A stretch of DNA of 64,000 nt from Selaginella moellendorffii. Lineage: Eukaryota > Plantae > Lycopodiophyta. A program made the position numbers and the translations under genes. The stretch lies in NCBI RefSeq assembly GCF_000143415.4, contig NW_003314281.1:1713882-1777881 (forward strand), in the 5' to 3' direction. The notes below the pieces were generated by a model. That model saw only the letters and a list, made by a program, of their open reading frames with translations, made no database searches and was not told the origin of the DNA. Of the stretch, positions 1 to 12,400 are shown piece after piece; the stretch's first letter is position 1, and each line of letters starts with the position of its first letter.

Positions 1-1402
1 TCGCAAGTAGTTTCTTCACCTTTGATTTCTTCGAATTCAAAATGCACTGCTCAATTTGTTGTAGTTCAAGGTTCTTTTGCACCTCATCCGTCATTTGTGT
101 AATCTTAAAATATGAGTTTTGATCCGCCTTGACAATTGGCTAAAAGGAAAACTTGTGAGTAGAAAACACAAGTTCATGCAAGAAAAGGATACTTTTGCCC
201 AAACTGCAACCCAAAAACCCGTAGGCATTTGATACCAAGTAAGCAACTCTGGGCCTTTACATGCTACAAGCTTTGCTTAAACTACTTCCATAACCTCACG
301 ACTATATAGCATTTGGATTTCCTCAAGAGAAAGCATGCCAATATATCAAAGATGCTCAATATCATGGACCAAGGCATGTGCTTGGAAAGCAAACAAATTA
401 ATCCTATAACATAGTTGGTGAGAACAAAGGTTACTAGTAAAAGATTCTTACATGTTGATTTTGTGATATGCCAAATTGAGCCTCATAATTTGGTTTTGAT
501 CCTGTGGCTCCACAAGTGTCACTAGAACACAAATATGTCACTCATTAGTCCTGGAACTTCTTTTGGATACACCTCCAAAACGTAAGCCACCAGTGGTTTC
601 CATCAATAATGAAGAACATCCAACCTACAAAGGCTTGTGTCCCTTTGTGGCACGCCATCAAAGTATCAAACTCCTAAGATTTCCCTTGCCATATTTGATC
701 CTAAGTCTACTTAATCTCGTGAGTAACCATGTCTATGCGATTTATTCTGGGGAATGATGATGACACAATAAATGATCCAGCAATATGCCTGAATCCAACC
801 TTTGTAAAAGAGGTATAAATAGCTATATTGAGGTCGTAGGCTAAACACACCTAGTGACTCTGCTTAAGACGGCAAAGTGGAATCTCAAGATGTTGGGATC
901 CTTTTTAAGCCATTTCACCTAACACTCTGCTGATAGTTTGTTCTTGAGCTTGGACAATAGTCTTGCGTACTTGCTCATTCAAGATTGTGTCAGCCTCTAG
1001 CATAGTTACCACCTTATTTCTATGACCTTTAGGAGCAGCAACATGTCTGCCATTTCCACCACCAAGATCTGCCCCACCACCTATAGCAATAGGTGCCTCA
1101 TTTCTGCCACCAAGTTCCACACCACCACCTATGGCACTACCACCAGTAGCTTCTCCTATGCTATAGCTAGCTTCTGCATTTCCACACTCTCTAGAACCAT
1201 CTGGCTCTTGCATGCTGACACTTGGATCAGGATCAACCATTACTTGGATCTGGACACCGCTGCTCCCACCATGATCTTCCTCTGAAGCAGCACTTTGAAC
1301 TTGTGAGGTGTCCCTAGTGAATCTAGCATAATGATCTATAGTTGTTTTCCTGGAGAACGGGTCCATTAAGGTTGACCGGCATGCTTCTTCTATTGTGGCA
1401 TG
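1..1402 (-). pseudogene. Degenerate ParB/Sulfiredoxin-like-domain gene, probably a transposon accessory ORF
   Basis: Minus-strand translation across in-frame stops gives IPLCRLK...GFRHIAGSFIVS...WQGKS*EFDTL...MFFIIDGNHWWLTFW (about 890 to 570). DGNHW is one CpG-type change (CGG>TGG) from the ParB/Srx DGNHR motif. A Gly/Ser-rich N-terminus lies in ORF 905..1459. The 3' end is not resolved. Confidence 0.55.
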
Positions 1403-1465
1403 ATTTATATATCTGTATGAAAATGACAAATAAACTTGAGTAAATATTAAAAAAACCACAAAGTA

Positions 1466-2018
1466 GTTCCCTTGGCACTAGGAAGATTGATTCGTCACCA
1501 AACTGATCTTCTCAGCACCAAGGGAACAAAAAAAAGAAGAAAAGAAGCAGTTCCCTTGGCACTGGGAAGATCGGTTTGGTGACAAACCGATCTTCTCAGC
1601 GCCAAGGGAACAAAAAAAAGAAGAAAAGAAGCAGTTCCCTTGGTGCTGAGAAGATTGGTTCATCACTGACCCAATCTTTTCAATGTCAACAGAACAAGAA
1701 AAAGGAAAAAAGAAGCAGTTCCTTTGGCACTAGGAAGATTAGTTTGTCGCCGAACCAATCTTCTCAACACCAAGGGAACAAAAAAAAGAAGAAAAGAAGA
1801 AGTTCCCTTGGCATTGGGAAGATTGGTTTGTCACCGAACTGATCTTCTTAGCGCTAATGGAATGACAAGAAACAAAAAAAAACCCAAATCTGATGTGCTG
1901 GGAAGATTGGTTCGTCGTTGAACTGATCTTCTCAGTGCCAATGGAATGACAAGAAATGAAAAACCTAGAATCTGGTGTGCTGGAAAGATCGGTTTGCTAT
2001 TGAACTGATCATTCCAGC
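1466..2018. repeat. Tandem array of about seven 84-bp units, each a ~62-bp hairpin plus an A-rich linker
   Basis: Units start at 1466, 1550, 1634, 1718 and 1802, with two more diverged units after. Unit 2 reads GTTCCCTTGGCACTGGGAAGATCGGTTT-GGTGAC-AAACCGATCTTCTCAGCGCCAAGGGAAC followed by AAAAAAAAGAAGAAAAGAAGCA. Confidence 0.95.
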
Positions 2019-2196
2019 GTGAAGTAGCCGTGAGGTGTAAGTTACTTGCGAGCTAGAAGCAAAAGATGGGATGGAAAAGCAGCAGAGAGAGGCATACCTT
2101 AATTGAGGAGTGTCTTTCTAGTGTCTTGAAGAGCACCTAACATCTTGATTGAGGCATCTTGAAGCATTCAAGTGTTTTTCTCTGCCCTTCCTTGTT

Positions 2197-2298
2197 CAAA
2201 CCCTAACAGTAAAACCCTAAAAATTAAAGGTCACAATCAATGGTCACGATCAATGGTCATGATCAATTTTTAAAGAGTACTTGGATATATTTATAGGA
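2197..2298 (-). promoter_or_regulatory. Putative promoter of the ParB-like gene: TATA box, two telo-boxes and a 13-bp triple repeat
   Basis: CCTATAAATAT on the minus strand (~2287-2297), AAACCCTAA twice (2198-2220), GGTCAYRATCAAT x3 (2229-2267). Minus-strand donor AAG|GTATGC at ~2097 and acceptor TTTTCATACAG at ~1413. Confidence 0.45.
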
Positions 2299-2362
2299 CA
2301 AATCCACTATGAACATAGATTTCACATGTTCTTTCCAAAAAGACAATCATTCAATGTTTTAA

Positions 2363-2687
2363 ATATTAATTGTATAATTGATTATGAAAGGAATAATACT
2401 GTTGAAATGAATGGGGTTATAAGCAAGAGGCACTGATTAATCATGAGAGTTGTAGTATTAATTGTTTATTCTCCCTCTCATCTCTATGCTTTTTTCCCTT
2501 CAAAAGAGTTTTATTCTTTTGTGATAAGTGAGAGATACTCAAGCTTGAAAAGGTTGGTGAGAGGCAAGATGAGAGGGAGAACAAGTAATTAATGCTACAA
2601 CTCTCGTGATTAATCAGCGCCTCTCGCTCATAACCACATTCATTTCAATAGTATTATTCCTGTCATAATCAATTATACAATTAATAT
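2363..2687. mobile_element. Foldback/MITE-like element with ~120-bp inverted arms
   Basis: 2363-2483 is the reverse complement of 2567-2687 with scattered mismatches; the spacer is ~84 bp. The ends are TA/TTAA-rich, so the TSD is ambiguous. Confidence 0.8.
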
Positions 2688-2869
2688 GGGCGGCTCTTTA
2701 ACATTCTCATATATCTCTAGATTCTAAATGGTTGTATATTTTGTTAAAATCTTTAACTTGTCCTTTGCAAGGACACAGCTAATTAAAGCTCACAATACAG
2801 AAGAATATCTTTGTTCTTTTTTGTCAGTTTCTCCTCAAATTTTTTCTAAGTGCTCGAGCAAGAAGAAGA

Positions 2870-5800
2870 TATGAGAGAATTCTACTTGAAGTTCGATCAA
2901 AAGCCTCCAATTGTTTTCTCTAAGAATGTTATATGGAAAGAGCTTCCTCTGCAAAAGATTCAAGTTGAACCCGGGATCAATTAGTTTGGAGAATATATGT
3001 CAGAATAAGGGTATCAGATAGAAAATCCATTCTTCTTGACAATGGTGTGGGGCAGAATGGGATTCAATGGGATTTTGATAGATGTACAGGTCAAGAGATT
3101 TTAGTTATAGGATCTCTAAAGCAAGCAGAGGAGAGCGCGTCAGTTTCACAGCTAACTATGCAAGGAGTGAAGGATGAAGTTGTTATTCTCTCCAATGATG
3201 AAAGTGAAGAAGATAAGCTTCCCAACATAGCTTCCCATACAAGTAGGTGCGTTTATTCTAGACCAGTTTTTGAAGTGGTGGATAAGGCATTTCGGCAATC
3301 TCGATCATTATGGTTGGAATTGAAAGAGTTTTAGTACATGAGAGGTGAGGAGCTTCCGTCTTCCTATAATGGGAATATATTCTTCAAATTTCGACCAGCC
3401 AGTTTATCAAGCAAGAAGAGGGGCATGGAAACATGCTTGATCCACATAATTGGTGCAGAGTAAAGACGACCCACTTCTCCCATTTCAATGAATCTGTGTT
3501 CATAGTCCATTGTGGTGGATAGCTTCAATGTGTCGCTGAGAAATGCATTTCTGATCATGGCAAGAATATGTGTTTCTTTGAAGGCTCAGCAATCAATCCC
3601 CCTAGGTGTGATGAGGTTGCTACAGGGTTTAGATGTCGCAAATGCAGGGCAACACCTATTTGTCAAGCATGTTACGATGCAAAAATGTATTATTTTCTTC
3701 CATGGGATGGATATTTAGATAGAGTAGTAGTGCATGTTGGATACCACCAACACGTAATAGAAGAAGGAATTCGCCATGATTCTTTTTGCAATTTGAAGGT
3801 TGCTATTACTACAGAGGTTGGGAAGAAAAGTGCCGTAACTCCAAAGTGTGTTCAATAGTTTGTACTAAAGGACTATGTGGTGGACATGTTGCTACAAGCT
3901 GATGGCAAAAAAGAGTTCATGGAGAATAGCTTGAAGGACTTGTTTCAAAATATAGAACCTGTGATAAATTTAAACAGATATAAGTTAATACTTAACTCTA
4001 CTTTATCACTAGAAACACTCTCTTTTTTAGCAAAATAAAGAACTGGATGCGAGAAGGGCGAGATAGAAAGCTTCAATATGGATTAGATGCAATTTTGGAG
4101 TTAAAAAGAAAATGTCCCTATAAATTTATTCATGGGAGTTTATTCATTGGCCAAGTGACTTACGCACTTTCATCTTTAAAATGTCCACCCTTGGTCCTGC
4201 TTCTAGTGTGGACCTTATACAACGAATGGATATGGATGGAGACGGGGACTTGGCTAATTCCTAGATCCATTTCAACCATATGGAATGAGTTTCAGGTTGT
4301 TCAACAATGGGAGCTCGTATTTATGATCACAAGTAAGTGGTTAATCATTTTTTAAGGATCCATACCGATTTACATTATAACCATTCCTTCTATAGGTTGT
4401 AATGAAACTTGACTATAGCTATAGCTGAATTTAAGGTTTAAGATTTCCAAGCACAAACTGTCTTTTGGACATGTATATCCGAGGTTGTAAAACAGCAAAC
4501 CGGGACGAAACCTAACTTTTGTGGTTTCATGGCAGATGCTGCTAGTGCTAACTGGTTGGCTGTACGACAAGTATTCGAAGGTGATAAAAGTGAGCTATTA
4601 CAAGGTAAAGAGAAGAGTTGTGAGTTTCATTGGGCAAAGAGCGTCAATGAACATTGCCGATGCATCAAGTCTAGCTTCTATCACGAGTTCAAATAACTTT
4701 GTCAGGAATGGATGCATGCACCAACTAAAGAGGAGGGCAAAAGCAAATGAGATGTGCATATAGTGGTGTGAAGGTACAAATGGAGTGTTGGCTTGCATGG
4801 TGGAAAGTTCAAATGTTTCAGTGGAGCCATTATATTTTCCATGTAAGTTTTCTCTCATTTTCTTTTTTTGTCATATTCAAATGTTGTATTTTTCCTAGGA
4901 TCAACCACTTGATGACATTGCATTTATACCAGCAATTAATCTCTCTAAGAGCAAACATTGGAGTTGAAGAGCTTCTAAAATACAGAAAGGAAAAATATCC
5001 TTCTATGAAGCTACACTCTCCAACCTCACTAGATCTCTTGAGTAATCATTAAAAGCTTTGGCTACACAGGAAGCAAAGTTTGCTGGTACAAGTCCAAACT
5101 TAGACAAACTTTGAGAGTGGGTTGGTAAAAGGACAACACTAGCAACAAAGTCAATATCTAAGATGGTTGGGGAAGTTATTATTAAAACTCTTATGGAATC
5201 AAGTTATGAACCACTTGGGGACATGAGGACAACCTGTTTGAAGCGTCAGTAGACATTTGATGGGCCTAACATCACTCCTTCTAGCTCTCATTATCTAGAG
5301 TTTGATTACCATTCTGTTCCACGACACTAGAGAAGAACTAAAGAACATGGAGTGGAGGAGGTGCTAATTGTTATACAAGTAAATCTAGTGTCAGAGGTTG
5401 AGAAAATGATTACTTATCAGCCAATTTCTCGTATCAACTAAGCAATTCAAAGAGTTAGTGCCAAGAGTAATGCACATTTCTCTAGGAGTCAAGGTCAGTG
5501 TCTTGCATTTGTGTGCTTAGGTTCAAATTCTTTAGCAGTACCATGTTTCTAGGGCTGTCAAGATCTAGGGGTAAAGGGCTACCAGTTAAGTTGGATTTAC
5601 TATTGTGGGACTAATGTTACTCATACAAACTGGATCCACAACTCAATTATTTCGAAGCCAGATTCTATGCTAGAGGAGTGCCTAATTGAGTGAAGCTGCA
5701 ATCTTTTGAAAAAAGAGATTGAAAGTCTGGAGAGAGCTAGTTTCATGCTGAAGATTTCCTTAAATGTTGCTATTGATATTGCTATGCCACCAATGTCAAC

Positions 5801-6182
5801 ACTAGACTGGCATACAAGACCAGCTAGAAATGGGAAGGTTGTACAATATAGGTTTTCCATTTCAAAATGTGCACAAGAGAAGATAAAGCTGGCAAAGGCA
5901 TTGAAGTGCACAATCACAAGGATAAACTACATCAGTATCGTGGTTAAGGAGTTTGTTCTTATGATTGAGTTGTCAAAGGGTATGAGCTACAATATTAGAA
6001 TCTACAAAAATCCATCTTGTACCTGTCCAAATTTTACACAAAGGGAGAATAGGGGAAAGGTATATTTAACCTACAAGCACATCTATTACATTTTTATGCA
6101 GAAATTAAACCAAGATCCTAAAGTGGAGCATCACATCCATCAGGCAAGCTTTGCAATTGCAAAGCTTGAGAAGTGTTTCTAG
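2870..6182 (+). mobile_element. Decayed Mutator-like (GCM/WRKY-fold plus SWIM) transposase gene
   Basis: Cys/His cluster CRKCRATPICQAC...RVVVHVGYHQH (3568-3858) resembles a GCM-type Zn module. SWIM-like motif YNIRIYKNPSCTCPNF...KHIYYIF (5706-6182). Many stops and frameshifts. Confidence 0.55.
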
Positions 6183-6280
6183 ATCACTTTTAGTGTTTGG
6201 ATCTATATTTATATTTGTATTTTATTGATCGAATTTACTTGGAAATATAGATTAAATCAAAATTTGAAAAATGAAAAGAT

Positions 6281-9200
6281 GTTGGTTTGGGACGAACCAA
6301 TGTTTTCCTTATATTTAAGAAGTCATGAGCTCAACTCGTGAACTCATAACCTACTCAGGCTTGAGTGAGCATGAACTCAAGTGGTGCCAAAAAGGCCATC
6401 TAAGAAAGTGCTTAAGAGCATCTCCCACTTCCCTTTGGGATGAAAGTGGGGGAGTAGGGATACCAATATTGGGTTGTTAGGCTATAGTGTTTCCCTCTCC
6501 CAAAATAAGAGATACACCTAAGGCTTGGGATTTAAACAGTCCTACAATTAAGTTTTGTTGTACCAATGGATATTAAGAACCTAGAGGCTTGGTGTCCTTG
6601 GTTTTTATGCTTGCAAAGAGTGTAGCCGAACCATAAATCTAGTTTAACCCTGGGAGGGGGAGTGGGAGAGAATTTGGAAATTTGTGGATAGATGGTTAAC
6701 ACCTCGTTGCTTGTGTAGTGAGTAGCTAAACAAAAATAAGACCAAGTAAAAGCTAGTACAATAGGTAGAAACCTTGGCAAAGAAATTTAATTAAATCCAA
6801 GATAGTGGTTATAAGATAAATGAGGTAAGCTGACAAATTTAAAAGGAAAATTTTATGACTTACAATTTGGTATTAGAGCCTTTTCCTTATTTCTAGCAAA
6901 AAGATAGAGGCAGATTGTTGAGTTTAAGACAGGGCATAAGCAGACCAAAGCAAAGACAGAACCTTCTCTAGAGATGGAGCTTTTGGTCGAACAAAAAGTT
7001 ATGGATGAGAAATTCTTGCATGAGGAGGACTTCAATTAGGAAACTTCCAAACAAGAGTTTAGTGGTGAGGTTCGGTCATCAAAAGCTTGATTAGATGCTT
7101 TAGAAGGACAACTAGCATAGACCAATACTTTGCAAAAGACCATCATACAAAAGCTAAAGCATAATAAAAAGCTAAAGAAAAGGCAAAAGACTGCAAATGC
7201 AAGTAGTGCAAAAGTTGTGGACCTTTGGTGGAGATTGATGTAGAACTAAACAAGGTTGAACAAACCAAAGTAGAATTAATCCTTTAATCAATTCCCAAGT
7301 ATAAACCAAAGCTCTCACCAATGTTCAAAGGAGTGAATGACTATAAAGTGGAAGAGGATTGGTTTATGATATAGATGATTACTTTTGAGCATTGCAATTA
7401 CCAAACTCGAAAAAAGTCCCATATGCAAAATTATACTTAATAGATAATACTAAGTCTTGGTGGAGAACAACAGAGGCCAACAAAAGACCAATGCCCACTT
7501 AGGAGGTGATGAATGTGAGGATTTATACAACTTACATTCCTTCGAATGCTATTCTATATCTAAAGGATGAGCTGAGTATGTTAAAGCAAACCCGGATGCA
7601 AGTGTGAATCTGGAAATTATTGCTTACTTCCTGTAAGCAACCAAAGAAAATGACTCAAGAGATGAACTATTGAGAAATATGAGAAATGTAGAGGGAAAGG
7701 GCCCATGAACAAGAGTGCACCCCCTTTTCCAATTAGTTAAGGGTCTTGGGATATTTAGGGTTAAGTGTCCTTGGTTTTGAATAGTACTGGGCTGGGTGAC
7801 CTCCCAAAAAGTCCAAACTCAAAAGCTTACATTTGGTATTGGAGCGGTCTCAGGTCCGACTCTGTTGATTGGCTAAGGGAATCACACCATATGTTGATTG
7901 ACATCTGGAGCTTACATTTGGTATCAGAGCGGTCTCAGGTCTGACTCTGTTGGTTGGCTAAGGGAATCACACCATATGTTAATTGACATCTAGTTGGTCT
8001 AGTTTGCTCCTGCTAGGCTCAACCCGAGGGGTAGGGTGTCAAGAGAGCAGGGCTCTCAGGAGAGCTGCGGCTCTCAGCTTTCGTTCACAAGGGCATGAAC
8101 TTGTAGGTTTCATTCACGAGGGCATGAGTTTGTAGGGAATGTAGGGTAAGGTGTCAAGAGAGCAGGGCTCTCGGGAGAGCTGCGGCTCTCAGCTTTCGTT
8201 CACGAGGGCATGAACTTGTAGGTTTCGTTCACGAGGGCATGAACTTGTAAGGAATATAGGGAAGTGTGGTGGATTGTAAACAACCAAAGAGAATGACTCG
8301 AGAAACGATCCGTTGGGATTCAAATATAGAGGGAAAGGGCCCATGAACAAGAGTGCACCCCCTTTTCCAATTGGTTAAGGGTCTTGGGATATTTAGGGTT
8401 AAGTGTCCTTAGTTTTGAATAGTACTAAGTTGGGTGACCTCCCAAGAAGTCCAAACTCAGGAGCTTACACTTCCATTTATAAAAGAGGAGGCGCGAGGAA
8501 CCATTCAAGAGTATGTGAATTTGTTTATAGCTAAGAAGATTTTTATTATAGATATGGGTGACATGGACACATTCCATGCCTTTATATTAGGCTTGCAAAC
8601 CTTATCTCAAAGCGATGCAATGCATTGGAACCCGACCAATTACAAGCATTGGATGCAACTATTAAGATGTATTTCAATGATAACTTATGCAAAGGGAACA
8701 CAATAGAGTTGAGGTCCTCATTTAGTAAAAGAGCCAAATCAAAGGGTATATATGGTAAAGGAAAATTTAGGAATACTTTTTCTAAGAATGAACCCTTAGG
8801 GTTTTGAAAAGATAGATTTGGTAGCCAAAGAGCAAGTATATAGAGGAGTCAGGCAAAAAGGATAAAAAATGAAGTCTACTAACAATGTGAGAAATAATAT
8901 ATGCTACAATTGTAATGAAGTGGGACACTTCTATATCCTTACTAGAAGAAGGCCAGAGTTAATATAGCCATTAAATCAAGTGAAGTCTAAATTAAGGTAT
9001 ATGATTTAGTCCTTAGCTTAAAGTTACTCATTACATAAATAATTTTGGTAGAGAATTATTTGCGACATTTATTAACCCTCCGAGGGAAACTTGGAGGTAG
9101 CTTTGTTAAGATGTTTATTGACAGGAGTGCTTTAGATAATTTTGTGGCTATAGACATAGTCTGGCAAGCCAAACTAACAATGCAGCGGCTGGGTGAATCA

Positions 9201-9400
9201 AGGACTAAAGAGTTTGTTCAAAGTAGCCAAATCATTGATGAAGTAATTTGACAAGAGTTAAAGTAGGGACATAAAATATGGACATGGATTTCACAATTTT
9301 AGACTTTGTGGGATTTGACGTGATCTTCAGAATGGATTGATTCAATCAATTTGTGGTTGTGTTGCATAGATAAAGTATAGATCTAGTGGTACTAGTGAAT
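6281..9400 (+). mobile_element. Degenerate Ty3/Gypsy LTR retrotransposon (5' LTR, PBS, gag, protease)
   Basis: LTR end ...TTACA at 6864 followed by tRNA-iMet PBS TGGTATTAGAGC (6868-6879). Gag-like KSWWRT at ~7455, zinc knuckle CYNCNEVGHF at ~8902, protease-like FIDRSALDNFV in ORF 9045..9251. Outer boundaries are approximate. Confidence 0.75.
7632..8469 (+). mobile_element. Cassandra-type TRIM with 5S-rRNA-related LTRs, nested in the gypsy gag
   Basis: LTRs 7632-7831 and 8275-8469 (TGTAA...TTACA), 5-bp TSD CTTCC on both sides, PBS TGGTATCAGAGC, PPT GGGAAGTGTGGTGGAT, non-coding interior. Each LTR contains GTTAAGTGTCCTTGG...AGTACTGGGCTGGGTGACCTCCC...AAGTCC, matching the plant 5S internal control region. 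Confidence 0.92.
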
Positions 9401-12400
9401 GTTTAAATGAAGTTTACAAGCAACCACAAGTCACAAAACAATCAACAATCACTCTTCAAGTTTCTTTCACAAGACCTAAACACTAAACTTACATCATTAT
9501 ATCATATATTGATCCAATAAAAAGGTAACACTTAGGTACAACATATAAAAATATGGGTAAGTACAAACAAAATGACTACTCAAATCCAATCATACAAAAA
9601 TAAACTTACCAATATGTTTAACCAATAGTTTTGAGTATAATTGAAGAGGTTAGCTATATATGAGTAACACTTAGCTGAAACTAAAATGAAGACCATGAGA
9701 TAAACTCATATAGATACACAACTTCTTAATAGACAAGGTTATAATATGGGTGGGTACTTACATCTACAAACAACTAAGTTGGATATTACCATGTTTAACT
9801 AAGGTGGAAGACTACCAAAACCAAGTCAAGATTAATAACAACTCACTACTCCCATAAAGTATAACCAAATGCAAAGTGCAACCTATCATCAAATATAATG
9901 TTATAAAGAAATGCACAAGGGTCACTTTTTAAAAAAAGTGTAATAGTTATTTTGCTATATTAACTCTAGACTTTATCCAACTCAATTGCTTTAGCTCTAA
10001 AAGTTAATATCCCTTTCAAGCCTCATCACATAAACTATCTATTAAGGTCTAAACCAATTAAAGTCAATGCCAACCCTTTCATTAGTTTATATTAGCTCAC
10101 AAAAATGGAATAAGTTTCAAGCAGAATGATTAACAAATCAATCATTGGAAAAGCCAAAGAAAATTTATAGAAAATTTTCTATTCTAAAAAAAGAATGGCT
10201 CTTTGTCCAGAAATGCAAATTTCTAAGACTCAATCAATTTCCTCCTATCTATAATTTCACATAGATTCAACTCAACATAAATTTGTATGACCATATTTAA
10301 GCATCAAACAACATACCCATATAACTGATATCAAATACTGACATTTACAAAATGTAAATGAATATCTAAGACTCAATCATGAAGATTATATTTTTGAATA
10401 TCTATATTACACTAACATTCTTCTTCAATCACCTTTAAATTTCAATATAAATCTAAAGTATTAATTAAAAATAATATAAAAATTCAAGATCTAAGAAAAA
10501 ACTTCTCATCACTTGAAATAATGACATCATTTACACTACACCAATGCTAACAATATTAATGCTTTAACTCCACATCTTTTCCATTCAATAATCTACTCCA
10601 ACTGCTAATGAATTTATCAACAAGCTATAACAAATGAATGTTATAACCTTTTTTAATATTTAATGGGCAAACTCTCAAGAAATCAAGGTACATCCATCAA
10701 CTTAGCATAAAATGGATCACTATTAAAAATACAATCAAAGCCACTATAATGCTATTATATGTAAGTAGACTAATATCTTTATCAACTACTTTAGGGTTGA
10801 TCATCATTTGACCAGGCAACCTCATAAAAACATTGCTCATAATTATTAGAATATGATGTAAAATTCATAATGACTTGATCATCAATTTAGCAACACCACG
10901 AGCAATGCTTATATCACTATTACAAATGTTTATATGAATATCAAGTGCCAACTTGACTTGACAAAATGCAACATAAATGCCACACCCTATCGATAAAGAT
11001 TTACAATACCTAACACCACCAACTTTGTTCATAATATCGACAAATTTATACCACTCTCTTTCTAACAAAACTCAAAACTAATATAATATCAAGCTACTTA
11101 AGAGCAATAGCAAGGTTTTCCAAAAAAGAATGGAGCATTGCAACCCAAGCCTTACAGTAATAAGCCTAAAAATGGTTTAGTGCTTCACCATTATCTATCC
11201 CATAACTCACCACTTGTAAAACTATTATAATCAATATGTATCAAAATAGAGGGTCTCAATTGCATGATATGAACATGAGCAATGATATCACATTTTATTG
11301 CAAATCATCTATCAAGAAAGAGAAAATTATATAGGTGTTTGATTTTTTATCCCTGATGACTCTCTTTTCAAACTTAACTTTAAGTAAACCTCAAGCTTGT
11401 GTTTGCACTACCTTCAGTTCAATCTAAGAAAGAAGTTTATTATAAAGCACAACAATGATTACTTGAACCATTAGGCTAATCTTTAGGGTTTACTTTTATC
11501 TATAGTAACATGGAACAATTGATAATAACTGTAGCATAGTGATCATGAGGTGAAATTTGGATATACTATCACCATAAATCCTTAGAACCTTGAGGGATAA
11601 ATAAGGATAAAATAGCCACTAAAGACTCTCTTATTAAACAATTGCCCCTTTTCTAATTGGTTTAAGGGGAGAGAGATAGAGTGTGCTATATGAACCATTG
11701 ATAAGCTAATATTAATTTTACCAACTCAAAGTATAACTTTGAGTTGCTAATATGCCTCACTTACGAGCCCAAACACAAACTTATGCAAATGGTACATCTT
11801 AAATCCATTCTATGAGCCCAAGTGAAAATTCATATTATCTAATATGAAAAGATAACCAAAATCTATATCTAAGGAACATATGTAAAGTCGTTACAACCAA
11901 ATGTATATTCACTTGGATCATTGTTTTTATTTCTACATATGCAATGAGATTAGGTACCCAATCTCATTGAATAGTACTCGTTAAGACTTACCTTTGATAT
12001 CAAATGTAGCACATATGGTTTTTACCCTTTAACCTATAGTAATTTATTATACGGAGCAGAAGCTAAACCCTTGAACATATGAATCAAGGGCAATAAAAAG
12101 AAACCTAAATCTAGAGCTTTGTGCCATTGAACGAAGGGATAGAACTAAACTCCCAAGCATATAGCTAAGGAATGTAAAAAACCAAAGCACAGAACAACTC
12201 CCAAGTTTACAACTTAAAGAGCAAAGGGATAGAAGCACAAAATGATATTAGAACAATCTTAGAGCTTCTAGCATCCTAATGCCAAGACAATTATACAAAA
12301 TAGAGTTAAATAAAGTCAAATTATTTCAACATACCAGCGGCATAAAGTGAGGATATGGGTATTCCACCAATTAACATGGTATGGAACTTAGGCTTAAACC

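Noticed and set aside
1466-2018. CRISPR-like array
   Set aside because: The linkers are near-identical A-rich sequences rather than unique spacers, there are no cas genes, and the context is eukaryotic.
7760-7814. 5S rRNA gene
   Set aside because: Only the internal promoter part is similar and it sits inside paired LTRs with a TSD.
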